This document shows positions 7,807-17,331 of a stretch of DNA of 28,973 nt, piece by piece. Each line of letters starts with the position of its first letter. Within the stretch, counting starts at the first letter, position 1. Origin of the DNA: Sulfurimonadaceae bacterium (GTDB taxonomy: Bacteria > Campylobacterota > Campylobacteria > Campylobacterales > Sulfurimonadaceae); the NCBI GenBank assembly GCA_041562555.1, contig JBFEXS010000016.1, positions 1 to 28,973 of the forward strand. The letters are read 5' to 3'. The notes beneath the pieces were generated by a model, which was given only the letters and a program-made list of their open reading frames with translations, ran no database searches and had not been told where the DNA came from. The translations under genes and the position numbers were made by a program.

Positions 7807-10623
7807 TTATGATTTATGTAAAGCCAACTCTTTTTTCAAAAATTCACCGGTATACGAGCCTGTTTTTTCATGATTTTCAGCCAATTCTTCAGGTGTCCCG
7901 ATAGCCACAACACGTCCACCTTTAACACCCCCTTCAGGCCCCATATCAATTATATAATCAGCATTTTTTATCATATCAAGATTATGTTCAATCACTAGGA
8001 CCGAGTTACCTAATTCCACAAAATGGTGAAGTACATCCGTTAGACGGTTCACATCATCAAAATGCAAGCCTGTCGTCGGTTCATCCAGAATATACAGTGT
8101 CTTTCCTGTATCTTTACGGCTTAATTCCTTTGAAAGCTTGATACGCTGTGCTTCACCCCCTGAAAGGGTCACCGCATTTTGACCCAGGGATATATAGCCC
8201 AGACCCACATCACTGAGTGTTTGCAATTTCATTTTGATCTTAGGCACCGGAGCAAAGAATTCCAAAGCCTCGCTCACAGACATATTTAACACGTCTGAGA
8301 TAGATTTTCCTTTATAGAGTATCTCCAAAGACTGTGGATTATAGCGTTGTCCATGGCATGAATCACACTTGACCATAATATCCGGAAGAAAGTGCATCTC
8401 GATCTTTATTTCACCCTCACCCTGACACTTCTCACAACGTCCGCCTTTGACATTAAAAGAGAACCTCGATGATGTATATCCACGGATTTGCGCCTCTTTT
8501 GTCTTGGCGAAAAGGTTTCGGATCTCATCCATCAAGCCCGTATAGGTAGCAGGATTGGAACGGGGTGTACGTCCAATCGGACTTTGATCCAGATAAATGA
8601 CCTTATCCAGCTGTTCAAGTCCGTCGATCTCCACCCCTTTGATCTTTTTGACCTTACGGGCATGATTCAACAACTCACGTGCTACCGGCAGCAGCGTCTG
8701 AAGGATTAAAGAAGACTTTCCACTCCCACTTACCCCGGAGACACAGACAAGGTTCTGCAATGGTATCTTCACAGAAAGATCACTGATATTGTTGATGACA
8801 ACATTCTTGATCTCGATCCACTCTTCCTGCGGACGTCTGTAAAAGTATTCGATCATCTTTCGGCCATATAGATAATCTGCCGTCAATGTCTTCGCTTTTT
8901 TCATCTGGGACCTGGTCCCTGAGAAGACGACTTCTCCTCCATATTTTCCTGCACCAGGACCGATATCAACGATATAATCTGCATTTTCGATGGTCTCTTT
9001 ATCATGCTCAACCACAATAACGGTGTTGCCTTTTTCCTGAAGTGAACGAAGTGTGCGGATCAATTTAAGTGTATCCCTTTCATGCAGTCCGATACTCGGT
9101 TCATCCAGGACATACATAACACCGGTCAGCCCCGAACCAATCTGGGAAGCGATCCGTATACGCTGTGCTTCACCACCGGAAATAGAACGGGCATCCCTTG
9201 AGAGTGAAAGATATCCAAGCCCTACATCATATAAAAAGAAGAGACGTTCACGCACCTCGTTCAATATCGGTTCTCCGATCATCATCGTCTGATCGGAAAA
9301 GTGCGAGAAGTTCTTTTCCTCTGCGAAAAAGCTGTAAGCATCTTCTATGGGCATCCTGATCAAGTCAAAAATCTTCTTACCCGCCACATCAACAGCAAGA
9401 GATTCCTTCCGCAGACGATTTCCGTCACACTTTGAACAGGTCTTTTCACTCATATAATCTTGCAGTTCTTTCTCGTCTTTGAACATATCATAAGCGATCT
9501 TTGTGATGCCTGGCCATACACGTTTGATAGGATGGCCTTTCCATTCAAATGGTATCTCATCGATACTTCCATGCAAGATCGCTTTCTTTTGATGATCCTC
9601 CAACTCAGAAAACGGTACATCAATCGCTATGTTCTCATGTTCACAAAAACCTTTTAAAAAAGTAAAGTAATACCCTTTGTTAAAGCCGTATACAATCTTG
9701 ACAGCGCCCTTTTCTATACTCAAATCGGGATCGATGATCTTATCCGTGTCCAAAGCGTACCGTATACCCAATCCATCGCACTCTGTACAGGCACCCTTTG
9801 GTGAGTTAAAAGAGAAGGACAGAGGCTCAAGGGGTTCAAAACTCACCTTACAGTCATGACAAGCGAGATGTTCACTGTAATGAATCATTTTTTCACAAAG
9901 GCCCAGCTCCTCATGGTTCAGGATCTCAATCTCCAGCTCGCCATAAGACTCTTTCAATGCCTTTTCGACATCCTGGGCAATACGTTCTGTGTTATCCTCT
10001 TTGATCACAATACGATCGATCACAACTTTGATGGTATGTTTTTTCGTCTTGGAAAGTTCGATCTCCTCATCCAGACGTACCATAACTCCGTCGACCATCG
10101 CACGTACATACCCCTTAGCCGTCAAAGAGGCCAAAAGATCACTAAAGGTCCCTTTTTTTTCTCGGATCAAAGGGGCAAGAATAATGACTTTGGCACCGAT
10201 TGGAAGTTTTGCGACCTGTTCGATGATATCTGAAGCATTCATTTGAGAAATAGGCTTGGAACAGATATGACAATGCTGTTCACCCACACGGGCGAATAAA
10301 AGACGTAGGTAATCATAAATCTCTGTAATCGTCCCTACCGTAGAACGGGGGTTCTTTGAAGTCGTCTTTTGATCAATAGCGATCGCAGGTGTAAGTCCCT
10401 CGATCTTATCCACTTCAGGCTTACCGATCTTATCCAAAAACTGCCGTGCATAAGAGGAAAGAGATTCAATATAGCGACGCTGTCCTTCTGCATACAGTGT
10501 ATCAAAGGCCAAGGTAGACTTACCGCTACCGCTCAAACCCGTACAGACGACCAGTTTGTTCTTAGGGATCTCGAGGGAAATGTTTTTTAAATTGTTTTCA
10601 CGTGCACCGGTAATTTTAATCAT
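7807..10623 (-). CDS. uvrA: Excinuclease ABC subunit A
   Basis: 938 aa. Two ABC ATPase modules ([23 protein letters not shown] twice; LDEPS/LDEPT) and CxxC zinc fingers. Confidence 0.99.
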   Translation of the reverse strand: MIKITGARENNLKNISLEIPKNKLVVCTGLSGSGKSTLAFDTLYAEGQRRYIESLSSYARQFLDKIGKPEVDKIEGLTPAIAIDQKTTSKNPRSTVGTITEIYDYLRLLFARVGEQHCHICSKPISQMNASDIIEQVAKLPIGAKVIILAPLIREKKGTFSDLLASLTAKGYVRAMVDGVMVRLDEEIELSKTKKHTIKVVIDRIVIKEDNTERIAQDVEKALKESYGELEIEILNHEELGLCEKMIHYSEHLACHDCKVSFEPLEPLSFSFNSPKGACTECDGLGIRYALDTDKIIDPDLSIEKGAVKIVYGFNKGYYFTFLKGFCEHENIAIDVPFSELEDHQKKAILHGSIDEIPFEWKGHPIKRVWPGITKIAYDMFKDEKELQDYMSEKTCSKCDGNRLRKESLAVDVAGKKIFDLIRMPIEDAYSFFAEEKNFSHFSDQTMMIGEPILNEVRERLFFLYDVGLGYLSLSRDARSISGGEAQRIRIASQIGSGLTGVMYVLDEPSIGLHERDTLKLIRTLRSLQEKGNTVIVVEHDKETIENADYIVDIGPGAGKYGGEVVFSGTRSQMKKAKTLTADYLYGRKMIEYFYRRPQEEWIEIKNVVINNISDLSVKIPLQNLVCVSGVSGSGKSSLILQTLLPVARELLNHARKVKKIKGVEIDGLEQLDKVIYLDQSPIGRTPRSNPATYTGLMDEIRNLFAKTKEAQIRGYTSSRFSFNVKGGRCEKCQGEGEIKIEMHFLPDIMVKCDSCHGQRYNPQSLEILYKGKSISDVLNMSVSEALEFFAPVPKIKMKLQTLSDVGLGYISLGQNAVTLSGGEAQRIKLSKELSRKDTGKTLYILDEPTTGLHFDDVNRLTDVLHHFVELGNSVLVIEHNLDMIKNADYIIDMGPEGGVKGGRVVAIGTPEELAENHEKTGSYTGEFLKKELALHKS

Positions 10624-11342
10624 GAAAAAGTCCTAAACAATAGATAAGATAATACAAGCATATAAAAGCTCAACAAGAGCCGTTTTTGGATCCTCGTGGA
10701 TGTCATATGATTGAGATGAACACCTGCATATACACCTACAAGTGAAGCTACTCCAATGATCATCCCGTCAAGATATTCGATCTGCCCCACAAGGGAGAAG
10801 CTGATCAAGCCGGACACAGAAGAGAATATTACAAAGAAAAGTCCGGCCGAAATCGCTTTTTTGACTTCAAAATGTAAAAACCCGACAAGGATAGGTACCA
10901 GAAGGATTGAACCGCCCACCCCGATAGAGATGGCAAAGACGCCAAGAAGAGCACCGATCAAAAAAAGTATCAAAGGGTGGGCTTCCCGACTCTGAGTATA
11001 GTGTGCCGGTGTATAGGCCATGCGGGCCAATGCAATACATATAAAAGAGATGAAAACATACTCCAAGAGCGCGGAAGAGACCCTTGATACGACCCAACCA
11101 CTCAGCAATGCCCCGGCAAATCCGCCTATACCGATGGCCAAGACCGTTTTAAACTCCAAAGTACCTTTTTTCAAATTTAAAAAGGACCCATAAACCGAGC
11201 TAAACACCATCTGTACAATAGAAATACCGATAGCCGTTTTAATCTCATATCCCATAAACAACAGAACTGGTACCAATATCGTCCCGCCCCCAATGCCAAA
11301 AAAGCCTGATAATACGCCTACACCTGTACCTAGAACGATCAA
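10620..11342 (-). CDS. TSUP / TauE-SafE family membrane transporter
   Basis: 240 aa, multi-TM, repeated GFFGIGGG / GVGGS motifs; 4-nt ATGA overlap with uvrA. True start may lie slightly upstream (see findings). Confidence 0.88.
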   Translation of the reverse strand: MIVLGTGVGVLSGFFGIGGGTILVPVLLFMGYEIKTAIGISIVQMVFSSVYGSFLNLKKGTLEFKTVLAIGIGGFAGALLSGWVVSRVSSALLEYVFISFICIALARMAYTPAHYTQSREAHPLILFLIGALLGVFAISIGVGGSILLVPILVGFLHFEVKKAISAGLFFVIFSSVSGLISFSLVGQIEYLDGMIIGVASLVGVYAGVHLNHMTSTRIQKRLLLSFYMLVLSYLLFRTFS

Positions 11343-11525
11343 CTCAATAATATTTATGATTTCTATAATATTTGCCTATTTTTTAAATCGGATTGTACTC
11401 AAATTTCATTGAGGAAGGCATAAACTTTACAAGTTACATCCGTCGATTTAAAGATCATGTCAAATATTAGTGATATTTAAGTCTATTAGCGGAATAATCC
11501 TATTGAATTTATCGCAGGAACGGCT

Positions 11526-11894
11526 ATGGACACAAGTACACTGAATCAACTCATACAGACTGGCGGATTGATTTTTACGCCTGTCATTGCACTGAGCCTT
11601 GCGTATCTTTATGCCAATAGGTTCATCAAGCACAAAAGTGATCTTGACAGAGAAATCAAACTCTCCGAAGACCTGCTTTTTTACCATGCTGTGATCCAAA
11701 AGTATGAAGAGTTGGCCAAACTCCATGAAAATGCCACTTTAAAACGTACGTACCGTGAAGAAGTCTTCCACGAAGTAGGATATAAACCATCCCCCTTCTC
11801 TCAGCCTTCCAAATTGAAAAAACGTCTTGAAGAGATGGGTAAAACTGACAAAAAGCTTTCCCAGGCTATAGAAAAAATCAAAAAAAGTATGTAA
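11526..11894 (+). CDS. Hypothetical protein with one N-terminal TM helix and a basic helical C-terminus
   Basis: 122 aa ORF filling the intergenic space; AGGA RBS before ATG; hydrophobic LIFTPVIALSLAYLYA. Confidence 0.75.
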   Translation: MDTSTLNQLIQTGGLIFTPVIALSLAYLYANRFIKHKSDLDREIKLSEDLLFYHAVIQKYEELAKLHENATLKRTYREEVFHEVGYKPSPFSQPSKLKKRLEEMGKTDKKLSQAIEKIKKSM

Positions 11895-12015
11895 CCACCA
11901 TTATCAATTAATACGTGCCGAGGCACTAATGCATTCCTATTCAACTACGATTAATGCATTTTTCCTATAATAAAGTATAAAACACTTGTGAACAATTCAC
12001 AATCAGGGATATCAT

Positions 12016-12438
12016 ATGCTTTCACTTATCATAGATGCGGCTGAAAACTTTTTACATAATCAAATAGAATTGAAGACCCACAGAGCTGATGCACTTTCTC
12101 AATTGAGAACAGTAATTGCTTCAATTGATGTAAAGATGGATAATGGAGATATCAAGACCGTCTATCTTGGCTTTAATGAAACCCTGATTAAAGAGATTGT
12201 CTCTGTCTATCTCATGGAAGATGATGCAGATGAAGAGACAATGAAGGATATGGCCCTAGAGTCGACCAATATGATCGTCGGCAGTGCTAAAGTTTTGGCT
12301 GAAAATGCTGATAAAGAACATTTTATGATAACAACACCTAAGTTTGAGACCATTGAAGAATTCAACTCATGTTCTTGTAGTGAACTCTCAATTCTCAAAA
12401 CAGACAGAGAGTCTCTTGTTATCGGGATTAAAGAATAA
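12016..12438 (+). CDS. cheX: CheX-family chemotaxis phosphatase-like protein
   Basis: 140 aa. D..LESTNMIVGSAK (ExxN) motif and ITTP; directly upstream of fliN as in other Campylobacterota; TATAAT at 11966-11971. Confidence 0.75.
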   Translation: MLSLIIDAAENFLHNQIELKTHRADALSQLRTVIASIDVKMDNGDIKTVYLGFNETLIKEIVSVYLMEDDADEETMKDMALESTNMIVGSAKVLAENADKEHFMITTPKFETIEEFNSCSCSELSILKTDRESLVIGIKE

Positions 12439-12452
12439 GGACAGAAGATTCA

Positions 12453-12821
12453 ATGCCAGAAGACGATACAAACGCCGTTCATGAACAAGTTGCAAAAGAG
12501 AGTGTGGACACCATTGAACTTAATGCTGAAGAACTTGAGGAACTCGCATGGATGGATTATGAAGGGCTTCTTGATATGGAAGTTGAATTCATAGCCGACC
12601 TGGGACAGACCAGCCTAAGCATCAAAGAGATACTTGCCCTGCAAAAAGGCTCGGTTATTGACCTTTCGAAACCGGCAGGTGAAAGCGTCGAGGCCTATGT
12701 AAACAATCGGATCATCGGTAAAGGTGAAGTCATGGTATATGAGAAGAACCTTGCCATACGTATCAATGAAGTTCTGGATTCAAGTTCCGTTATCTATTAT
12801 CTATCAAAAGAGCGCCTATGA
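12453..12821 (+). CDS. fliN: Flagellar motor switch protein FliN
   Basis: 122 aa SpoA/FliN domain: LLDMEVEFIADLG...LQKGSVIDL.KPAGE.VE.YVN...IGKGEV. Confidence 0.93.
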   Translation: MPEDDTNAVHEQVAKESVDTIELNAEELEELAWMDYEGLLDMEVEFIADLGQTSLSIKEILALQKGSVIDLSKPAGESVEAYVNNRIIGKGEVMVYEKNLAIRINEVLDSSSVIYYLSKERL

Positions 12822-13672
12822 GACTTTTACTCCTGTTGTTTCTTCCATATGTGCTTTTTGCTTCAAAGATCTTGTCCTACAATGTGTATGAACGCTCTAA
12901 CCGTGTTGACGTGATGTTAACCTTTGACACTCCCTTTGAAGGAAGACTCTCCCAAGTCAAAAAAAACAATCAGACTATATTAAAGCTTGAAGGCGCTTCC
13001 ATCGAAGCACCCAAGATCAAAAACATCAACACCTCCTATCTGCACAAGATGACCCTTACACCGATCAACTCCCATACAGAGATCATTTTGCAAACGGCTA
13101 GCGATGTACAGATGAATGCTTCCAAAACAAGTGATTCCTATGGCCTGAGACTGCGTTTCGTCAAAGCCTCTGCTGTTTCTTCGAAAAAAGCAGCCGATTC
13201 ATCTTCCCCCACCCTCTCAACCTTGTCAAACCTGCCTACCCGTGCAAGCGGAGAGTTCAATAACGCTTATTATGTCGTGATCGCCATCTTACTTTTGGGA
13301 ATCATCTTGATGTTATGGTTGAAAAAGCGAATGGGTTCTGCACAGGCAAAAGGGAAACAGCCCTGGCTCTTTAAATCCGCTCCAAAAAAAGAGGGGATTA
13401 CGGTACGCTTTCAAAAACCTTTGGACCCAAAAAATCGTGTAGCCATGCTTGATTATGAGGGGCAAAGTTATCTGGTGCTCCTTGGAAATACGAATGTACT
13501 GCTTGATAAGTATATCGAAGGAAAACCCGTAACCAATGAGAGCGAGTTTGATCAGATACTCCATGCAAACAAGACAGAACTTGATTCTTATCTGCAGCTT
13601 GATCCGGCTAATGTCGAACCATTACAATCCTATAAAGAGAAGGCTTCGGCACAGATCCATGAGCTTGTGTAA
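12818..13672 (+). CDS. fliO: Campylobacterota-type FliO (N-terminal periplasmic domain, TM helix, FliO-like C-terminal domain)
   Basis: 284 aa, ATGA overlap with fliN. Signal peptide, YERSNRVDVMLTFD.PF, TM helix, then VRFQKPLDPKNRV.MLDYEG.SYLVLLG. Confidence 0.75.
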   Translation: MRLLLLLFLPYVLFASKILSYNVYERSNRVDVMLTFDTPFEGRLSQVKKNNQTILKLEGASIEAPKIKNINTSYLHKMTLTPINSHTEIILQTASDVQMNASKTSDSYGLRLRFVKASAVSSKKAADSSSPTLSTLSNLPTRASGEFNNAYYVVIAILLLGIILMLWLKKRMGSAQAKGKQPWLFKSAPKKEGITVRFQKPLDPKNRVAMLDYEGQSYLVLLGNTNVLLDKYIEGKPVTNESEFDQILHANKTELDSYLQLDPANVEPLQSYKEKASAQIHELV

Positions 13673-13761
13673 ACTGTATCATGGATGGATCACCTTTACA
13701 TTACGTTTACATTTATTCCCTATAATAAGACGAACGCACTCTTATCTTCAAGGATCTGAAC

Positions 13762-14292
13762 ATGGGCAAACAGTATAAAAGCCTTACTTCAACAGATATG
13801 ACCTTTATTCGGGAACAGAAGCTTTTCTTTATCGCATCTGCTTCCAATCATGAAGTAAACCTCTCACCGCGAGGTTATGATTCCCTCTATATTCAAGATG
13901 AGAAGACCCTTTTTATGATCGATTACCTGGGAAGTGGGAACCGTACTGCGAGGGATATCTCACAGGATGGGGAGATCACACTCATGTTTAACGCCTTCGA
14001 GGGTACTCCTAAAATACTCCGTTGTTTTTGCAAGGGCAAAGTGATCCATAGAGACACCCCTTTATTTCGTGAGTTAATCACCCATTTCGATGTTGATATG
14101 TCCGGCATACGCCAGATATTCCGTTTTGACATCTATGCACTCGAATCCAGCTGCGGAATGGGCGTTCCACTGATGCAATATCAGGAAGATAGAGATGGTG
14201 TCAAAACCTATGCACTCAAGCTAGCCAAATCAGGTAAATTTGATCAATATGTTCAAGATCATCTTACGCCTCCTGATCTGACGAATATCTGA
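13762..14292 (+). CDS. Pyridoxamine 5'-phosphate oxidase-family FMN-binding protein
   Basis: 176 aa. FI.EQKLFFIASA, VNLSPRG, DYLGSGNRT, ITLMF.AFEG.P.ILR, SSCG.GVP motifs; TATAAT at 13721-13726 and AGGA RBS. Confidence 0.88.
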   Translation: MGKQYKSLTSTDMTFIREQKLFFIASASNHEVNLSPRGYDSLYIQDEKTLFMIDYLGSGNRTARDISQDGEITLMFNAFEGTPKILRCFCKGKVIHRDTPLFRELITHFDVDMSGIRQIFRFDIYALESSCGMGVPLMQYQEDRDGVKTYALKLAKSGKFDQYVQDHLTPPDLTNI

Positions 14293-14350
14293 AATTGAAA
14301 ACATATCTCAATTTTTGTATAATAATCCAGCACTATTTAGGGAAAAAACG

Positions 14351-15412
14351 ATGAACATCAAAACAACACTTTTTATGCTGTTACTCCTGTTAAACATCCA
14401 TACTCTTCATGCCGACACGGAGTCACCCCTCTCTTTCTTACTGAAAGCAAACGAAGAGACCTCCTTCATGCACTATGAGTTTCATAACCTTGCCTATGAA
14501 GCAGCTCAGAAAAAAGAATATAAACACGCTTTTGAACTTTACCTCAAAGCAGCCAATAAAGGCGACAACCGTGCCGAATATAATGTTGGTATGATGTACA
14601 TGAAAGGTATTGGTGTCGAACGTGCGAAGATGAATGCCTATAAGTGGCTTCGTCGTGCTTCAAAACACGGGAACAAAGAGGCAACCCTCTATTTCAAACA
14701 GATGAACGAGCGTTATGAGAAAGCACAGCAGGAAAAGCCTTCCACGGAAAAAACCCAAGAAAGCACTCCTGCTTCCGAGCCCGACCCGGAAAAAGAGACG
14801 AACCCTACACCTGTCATACCCGAGATCAAACCGGACCCAGTTCCAGCAGTTACTGCTGTAAAAGTAGACAAGAAGGAACCGAAGATGGAAGAAGGTTCTC
14901 CTCTTTTGTATATCCTGATTGCCCTTGTCGTCCTTATCTTTTCACTTTCCGCCTTTTTTATGAAGAAGACGGACAAACCTAAAAAGAAGAAAAAAGAGAA
15001 GGCCCCGCAAAAAGAGCTCAAGTACAAATCACAAATGTTCGATATCACCTATAAATTTATTTCTGACTATCATGAGGCCCTGCTTCAACAGGTCAACCTG
15101 GCTAAAATCAAGCATGACCCAAAAAAGCTCCAGATCTATTACATGTTCCTGTATGGTATGATCGACTATTTTTGCCAACTTGAGAAATTCAATGATAGCG
15201 ACCAACGCCGTATTTTCACTACGCATATGCGTGAACAAGTCGGCAAAGAGAATGTCACGGCAGTCACACAAAGCATACTGGAAGGACAACGTGATCCATC
15301 GATGTATCATTACCAGGCTGCAGGAGGGATTTCAGCCAAGGCATGGCATGAAAACGGATCTAAAGACGCACTCTCTATGCTTAAAAAAGTACTGACGGAG
15401 AAACGGGATTAA
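14351..15412 (+). CDS. Sel1-repeat bitopic membrane protein
   Basis: ATG 14351 preferred (AGGGA RBS; TATAAT at 14318-14323). Signal peptide, Sel1 repeats (AFELYLKAANKGDNRAEYNVGMMYMKG.GV...AYKWLRRASKHG), Pro/Glu linker, TM helix, Lys-rich stop-transfer, about 130 aa cytoplasmic domain. Confidence 0.8.
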   Translation: MNIKTTLFMLLLLLNIHTLHADTESPLSFLLKANEETSFMHYEFHNLAYEAAQKKEYKHAFELYLKAANKGDNRAEYNVGMMYMKGIGVERAKMNAYKWLRRASKHGNKEATLYFKQMNERYEKAQQEKPSTEKTQESTPASEPDPEKETNPTPVIPEIKPDPVPAVTAVKVDKKEPKMEEGSPLLYILIALVVLIFSLSAFFMKKTDKPKKKKKEKAPQKELKYKSQMFDITYKFISDYHEALLQQVNLAKIKHDPKKLQIYYMFLYGMIDYFCQLEKFNDSDQRRIFTTHMREQVGKENVTAVTQSILEGQRDPSMYHYQAAGGISAKAWHENGSKDALSMLKKVLTEKRD

Positions 15413-16356
15413 GCCTCTCTCGTCGTATTATAAAACTCTTCAAGCACCTTTCTAAACTCGTCAATATCATTAATTGAATTCACCTGATTTCTCAATGCAG
15501 ATGCACCGATAAGACCCTTGCAGTATGTATGGATATGTTTTCGAAACATCGGCACCCCATGGGCACCGTAAAACTCGATCATCTTGTCATAATGTTCCAG
15601 TACGATCTCTTTTTTCAGGGATATCGCAACCTTCTGCTCGCCGGTCTTAAGTTGATGAAAGATCCATGGTTGGCCTATGGCACCTCGACCAATCATCAAT
15701 CCATCCGCCTTAGTATGCTCCAAGACCCATTGTGCCTTCTCATAGTCCGTAATATCCCCATTGGCGATCACGGGGATGGAGAGTGCCTCTTTGACCTCGG
15801 CAATCGCATCATAATCCACTTCTGCTTTGAACTTTCCGGCTCTGGTCCGTCCATGTACCGCGATAAAATCCGCTCCCGCATCTTGTACGACCTTGGCAAT
15901 CTCGACATGATTTTTCTCGGCAAATCCCAAGCGGACTTTTACACTGGTAAACTCTTTTTCAGAGGTCTTCTTGATCGTCTCGATCAATCGTCCCATCTGA
16001 TCCAGATCACGCAACAAAGAGGAGCCCGAACCTCCTCCCACAACCTTTGGTACGGGACAGCCACAGTTAAAATCGATCGCGTCTATTCCCTCTTGGGTAT
16101 TGATGTACTCTACAGCTCCCCTCACCACGTCAACATCTCCACCTGCGATTTGAACTGAATAGGGGTCTTCAATTGTATTCTTTTCAAGCATCTTTTGAGA
16201 TTTTTCAGAGTGATGGATCAGTGCATTGGAGCTGACCATTTCCGAGACAGTGAGATCCGCACCAAACTTTTTTACAACAGAACGGAAAGGAAGATCAGTA
16301 TATCCGGCCAATGGGGCAAGTACATACAGAGTTTTATCAAAAGAGATTTTTGCCAT
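15409..16356 (-). CDS. dusB: tRNA-dihydrouridine synthase
   Basis: 315 aa. LAPLAGYTD.PFR, DFNCGCP, VHGRT, VIANGDI, GLMIGRGA.GQPW motifs. Confidence 0.93.
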   Translation of the reverse strand: MAKISFDKTLYVLAPLAGYTDLPFRSVVKKFGADLTVSEMVSSNALIHHSEKSQKMLEKNTIEDPYSVQIAGGDVDVVRGAVEYINTQEGIDAIDFNCGCPVPKVVGGGSGSSLLRDLDQMGRLIETIKKTSEKEFTSVKVRLGFAEKNHVEIAKVVQDAGADFIAVHGRTRAGKFKAEVDYDAIAEVKEALSIPVIANGDITDYEKAQWVLEHTKADGLMIGRGAIGQPWIFHQLKTGEQKVAISLKKEIVLEHYDKMIEFYGAHGVPMFRKHIHTYCKGLIGASALRNQVNSINDIDEFRKVLEEFYNTTREA

Positions 16357-16486
16357 CGAGTATCCCTAGGTAATATAATAGTGGAATTTTATCCAATATA
16401 TACTCTGAGTTTGGTAAATTTATTTATCTAATATACTTAAAAAGCTATAATACGCCCAATTAATCATATATAAGAGGATAGTTTTT

Positions 16487-17197
16487 ATGGGTAGAGCCTT
16501 TGAATATCGCAAAGCAGCAAAGATGAAACGCTGGGGAAATATGTCACGCGTATTCCCTAAACTGGCAAAAGCAATTGAAAAAGCAGCTAAAGAGGGTGGT
16601 GGCGACCCGGATATGAATCCAAAACTCCGTACTGCAATCTTAAATGCCAAAGCGGAGAACATGCCCAAAGACAATATCGAATCTGCCATCAAACGTGCCA
16701 CGGGTAAAGATGCAAAAGATATGCTTGAGGTCAATTTCGAGGGTAAAGGTCCACACGGATCCATGTTTATTGTCGAGTGTTTGACAGACAACAATACACG
16801 TACCGTTGCCAACGTAAAGAACTTCATTAACAAAAACTCCGGTGAGATGCTTAACAAAGGTGCCTTGGATTTCATGTTTACCCGTAAAGCGATTTTTGAG
16901 TTCAAAATGCCAGAAGGCGGTGATCCTGAAGAGATCGAAATGGAGCTGATCGATGCCGGCTTGGAAGAACTTGAAGTAGAAGGGGATGAGTGTATCGCCC
17001 ATGCTGATTATTCTGACTTTGGTAATATGAATGCCAAACTTGAAGAGATGGATATCGAATTGACCAAAGCCACGCTGGAGTATATACCAAACACGCCGGT
17101 TTCAGTCACCGATGAGCAGATGGAGGATATTCGAAAGATCACGGACAAGCTGGAAGAGGATGAGGACGTTCAAGCGGTCTATACTAATATCGAATAG
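16487..17197 (+). CDS. yebC: YebC/PmpR family protein
   Basis: 236 aa. [58 protein letters not shown] at 16446-16451, AGAGGA RBS. Confidence 0.95.
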   Translation: MGRAFEYRKAAKMKRWGNMSRVFPKLAKAIEKAAKEGGGDPDMNPKLRTAILNAKAENMPKDNIESAIKRATGKDAKDMLEVNFEGKGPHGSMFIVECLTDNNTRTVANVKNFINKNSGEMLNKGALDFMFTRKAIFEFKMPEGGDPEEIEMELIDAGLEELEVEGDECIAHADYSDFGNMNAKLEEMDIELTKATLEYIPNTPVSVTDEQMEDIRKITDKLEEDEDVQAVYTNIE

Positions 17198-17202
17198 ACC
17201 CC

Positions 17203-17224
17203 AAGGGATCTATTGATCCTTTCT
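17203..17224 (+). terminator. Possible intrinsic terminator after yebC
   Basis: AAGGGATC-TATT-GATCCTTT hairpin (one G-U pair) just after the stop; short U tract. Confidence 0.35.
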
Positions 17225-17331
17225 GCCTTGAATATCCCCCCTAACGTACTACAAATTCAAAATTTTAAATCAACTATCAGAGTTTTTTATATACACTCTT
17301 TGAAACGACCTGTAATCTACTAAGGCTTATT

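Noticed and set aside
7807..11342. TSUP transporter coupled to uvrA as a novel association
   Set aside because: The same linkage, near cheX-fliN-fliO, is recalled from C. jejuni, so it looks like ancestral Campylobacterota gene order.
14315..14350. TTG start at 14315 for the Sel1 protein
   Set aside because: This stretch contains the -10 box TATAAT (14318-14323) and the RBS; ATG 14351 gives a proper signal peptide.
15529..16158. 209-aa antisense ORF inside dusB, and the many other 60-140 aa ORFs nested in polA, uvrA, ccsBA and the SMC operon
   Set aside because: Fully overlapped by well-supported genes, with atypical composition; expected shadow ORFs.
16420..16905. 161-aa antisense ORF over yebC
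   Set aside because: Shadow frame of a conserved gene, with no RBS or recognisable motifs.
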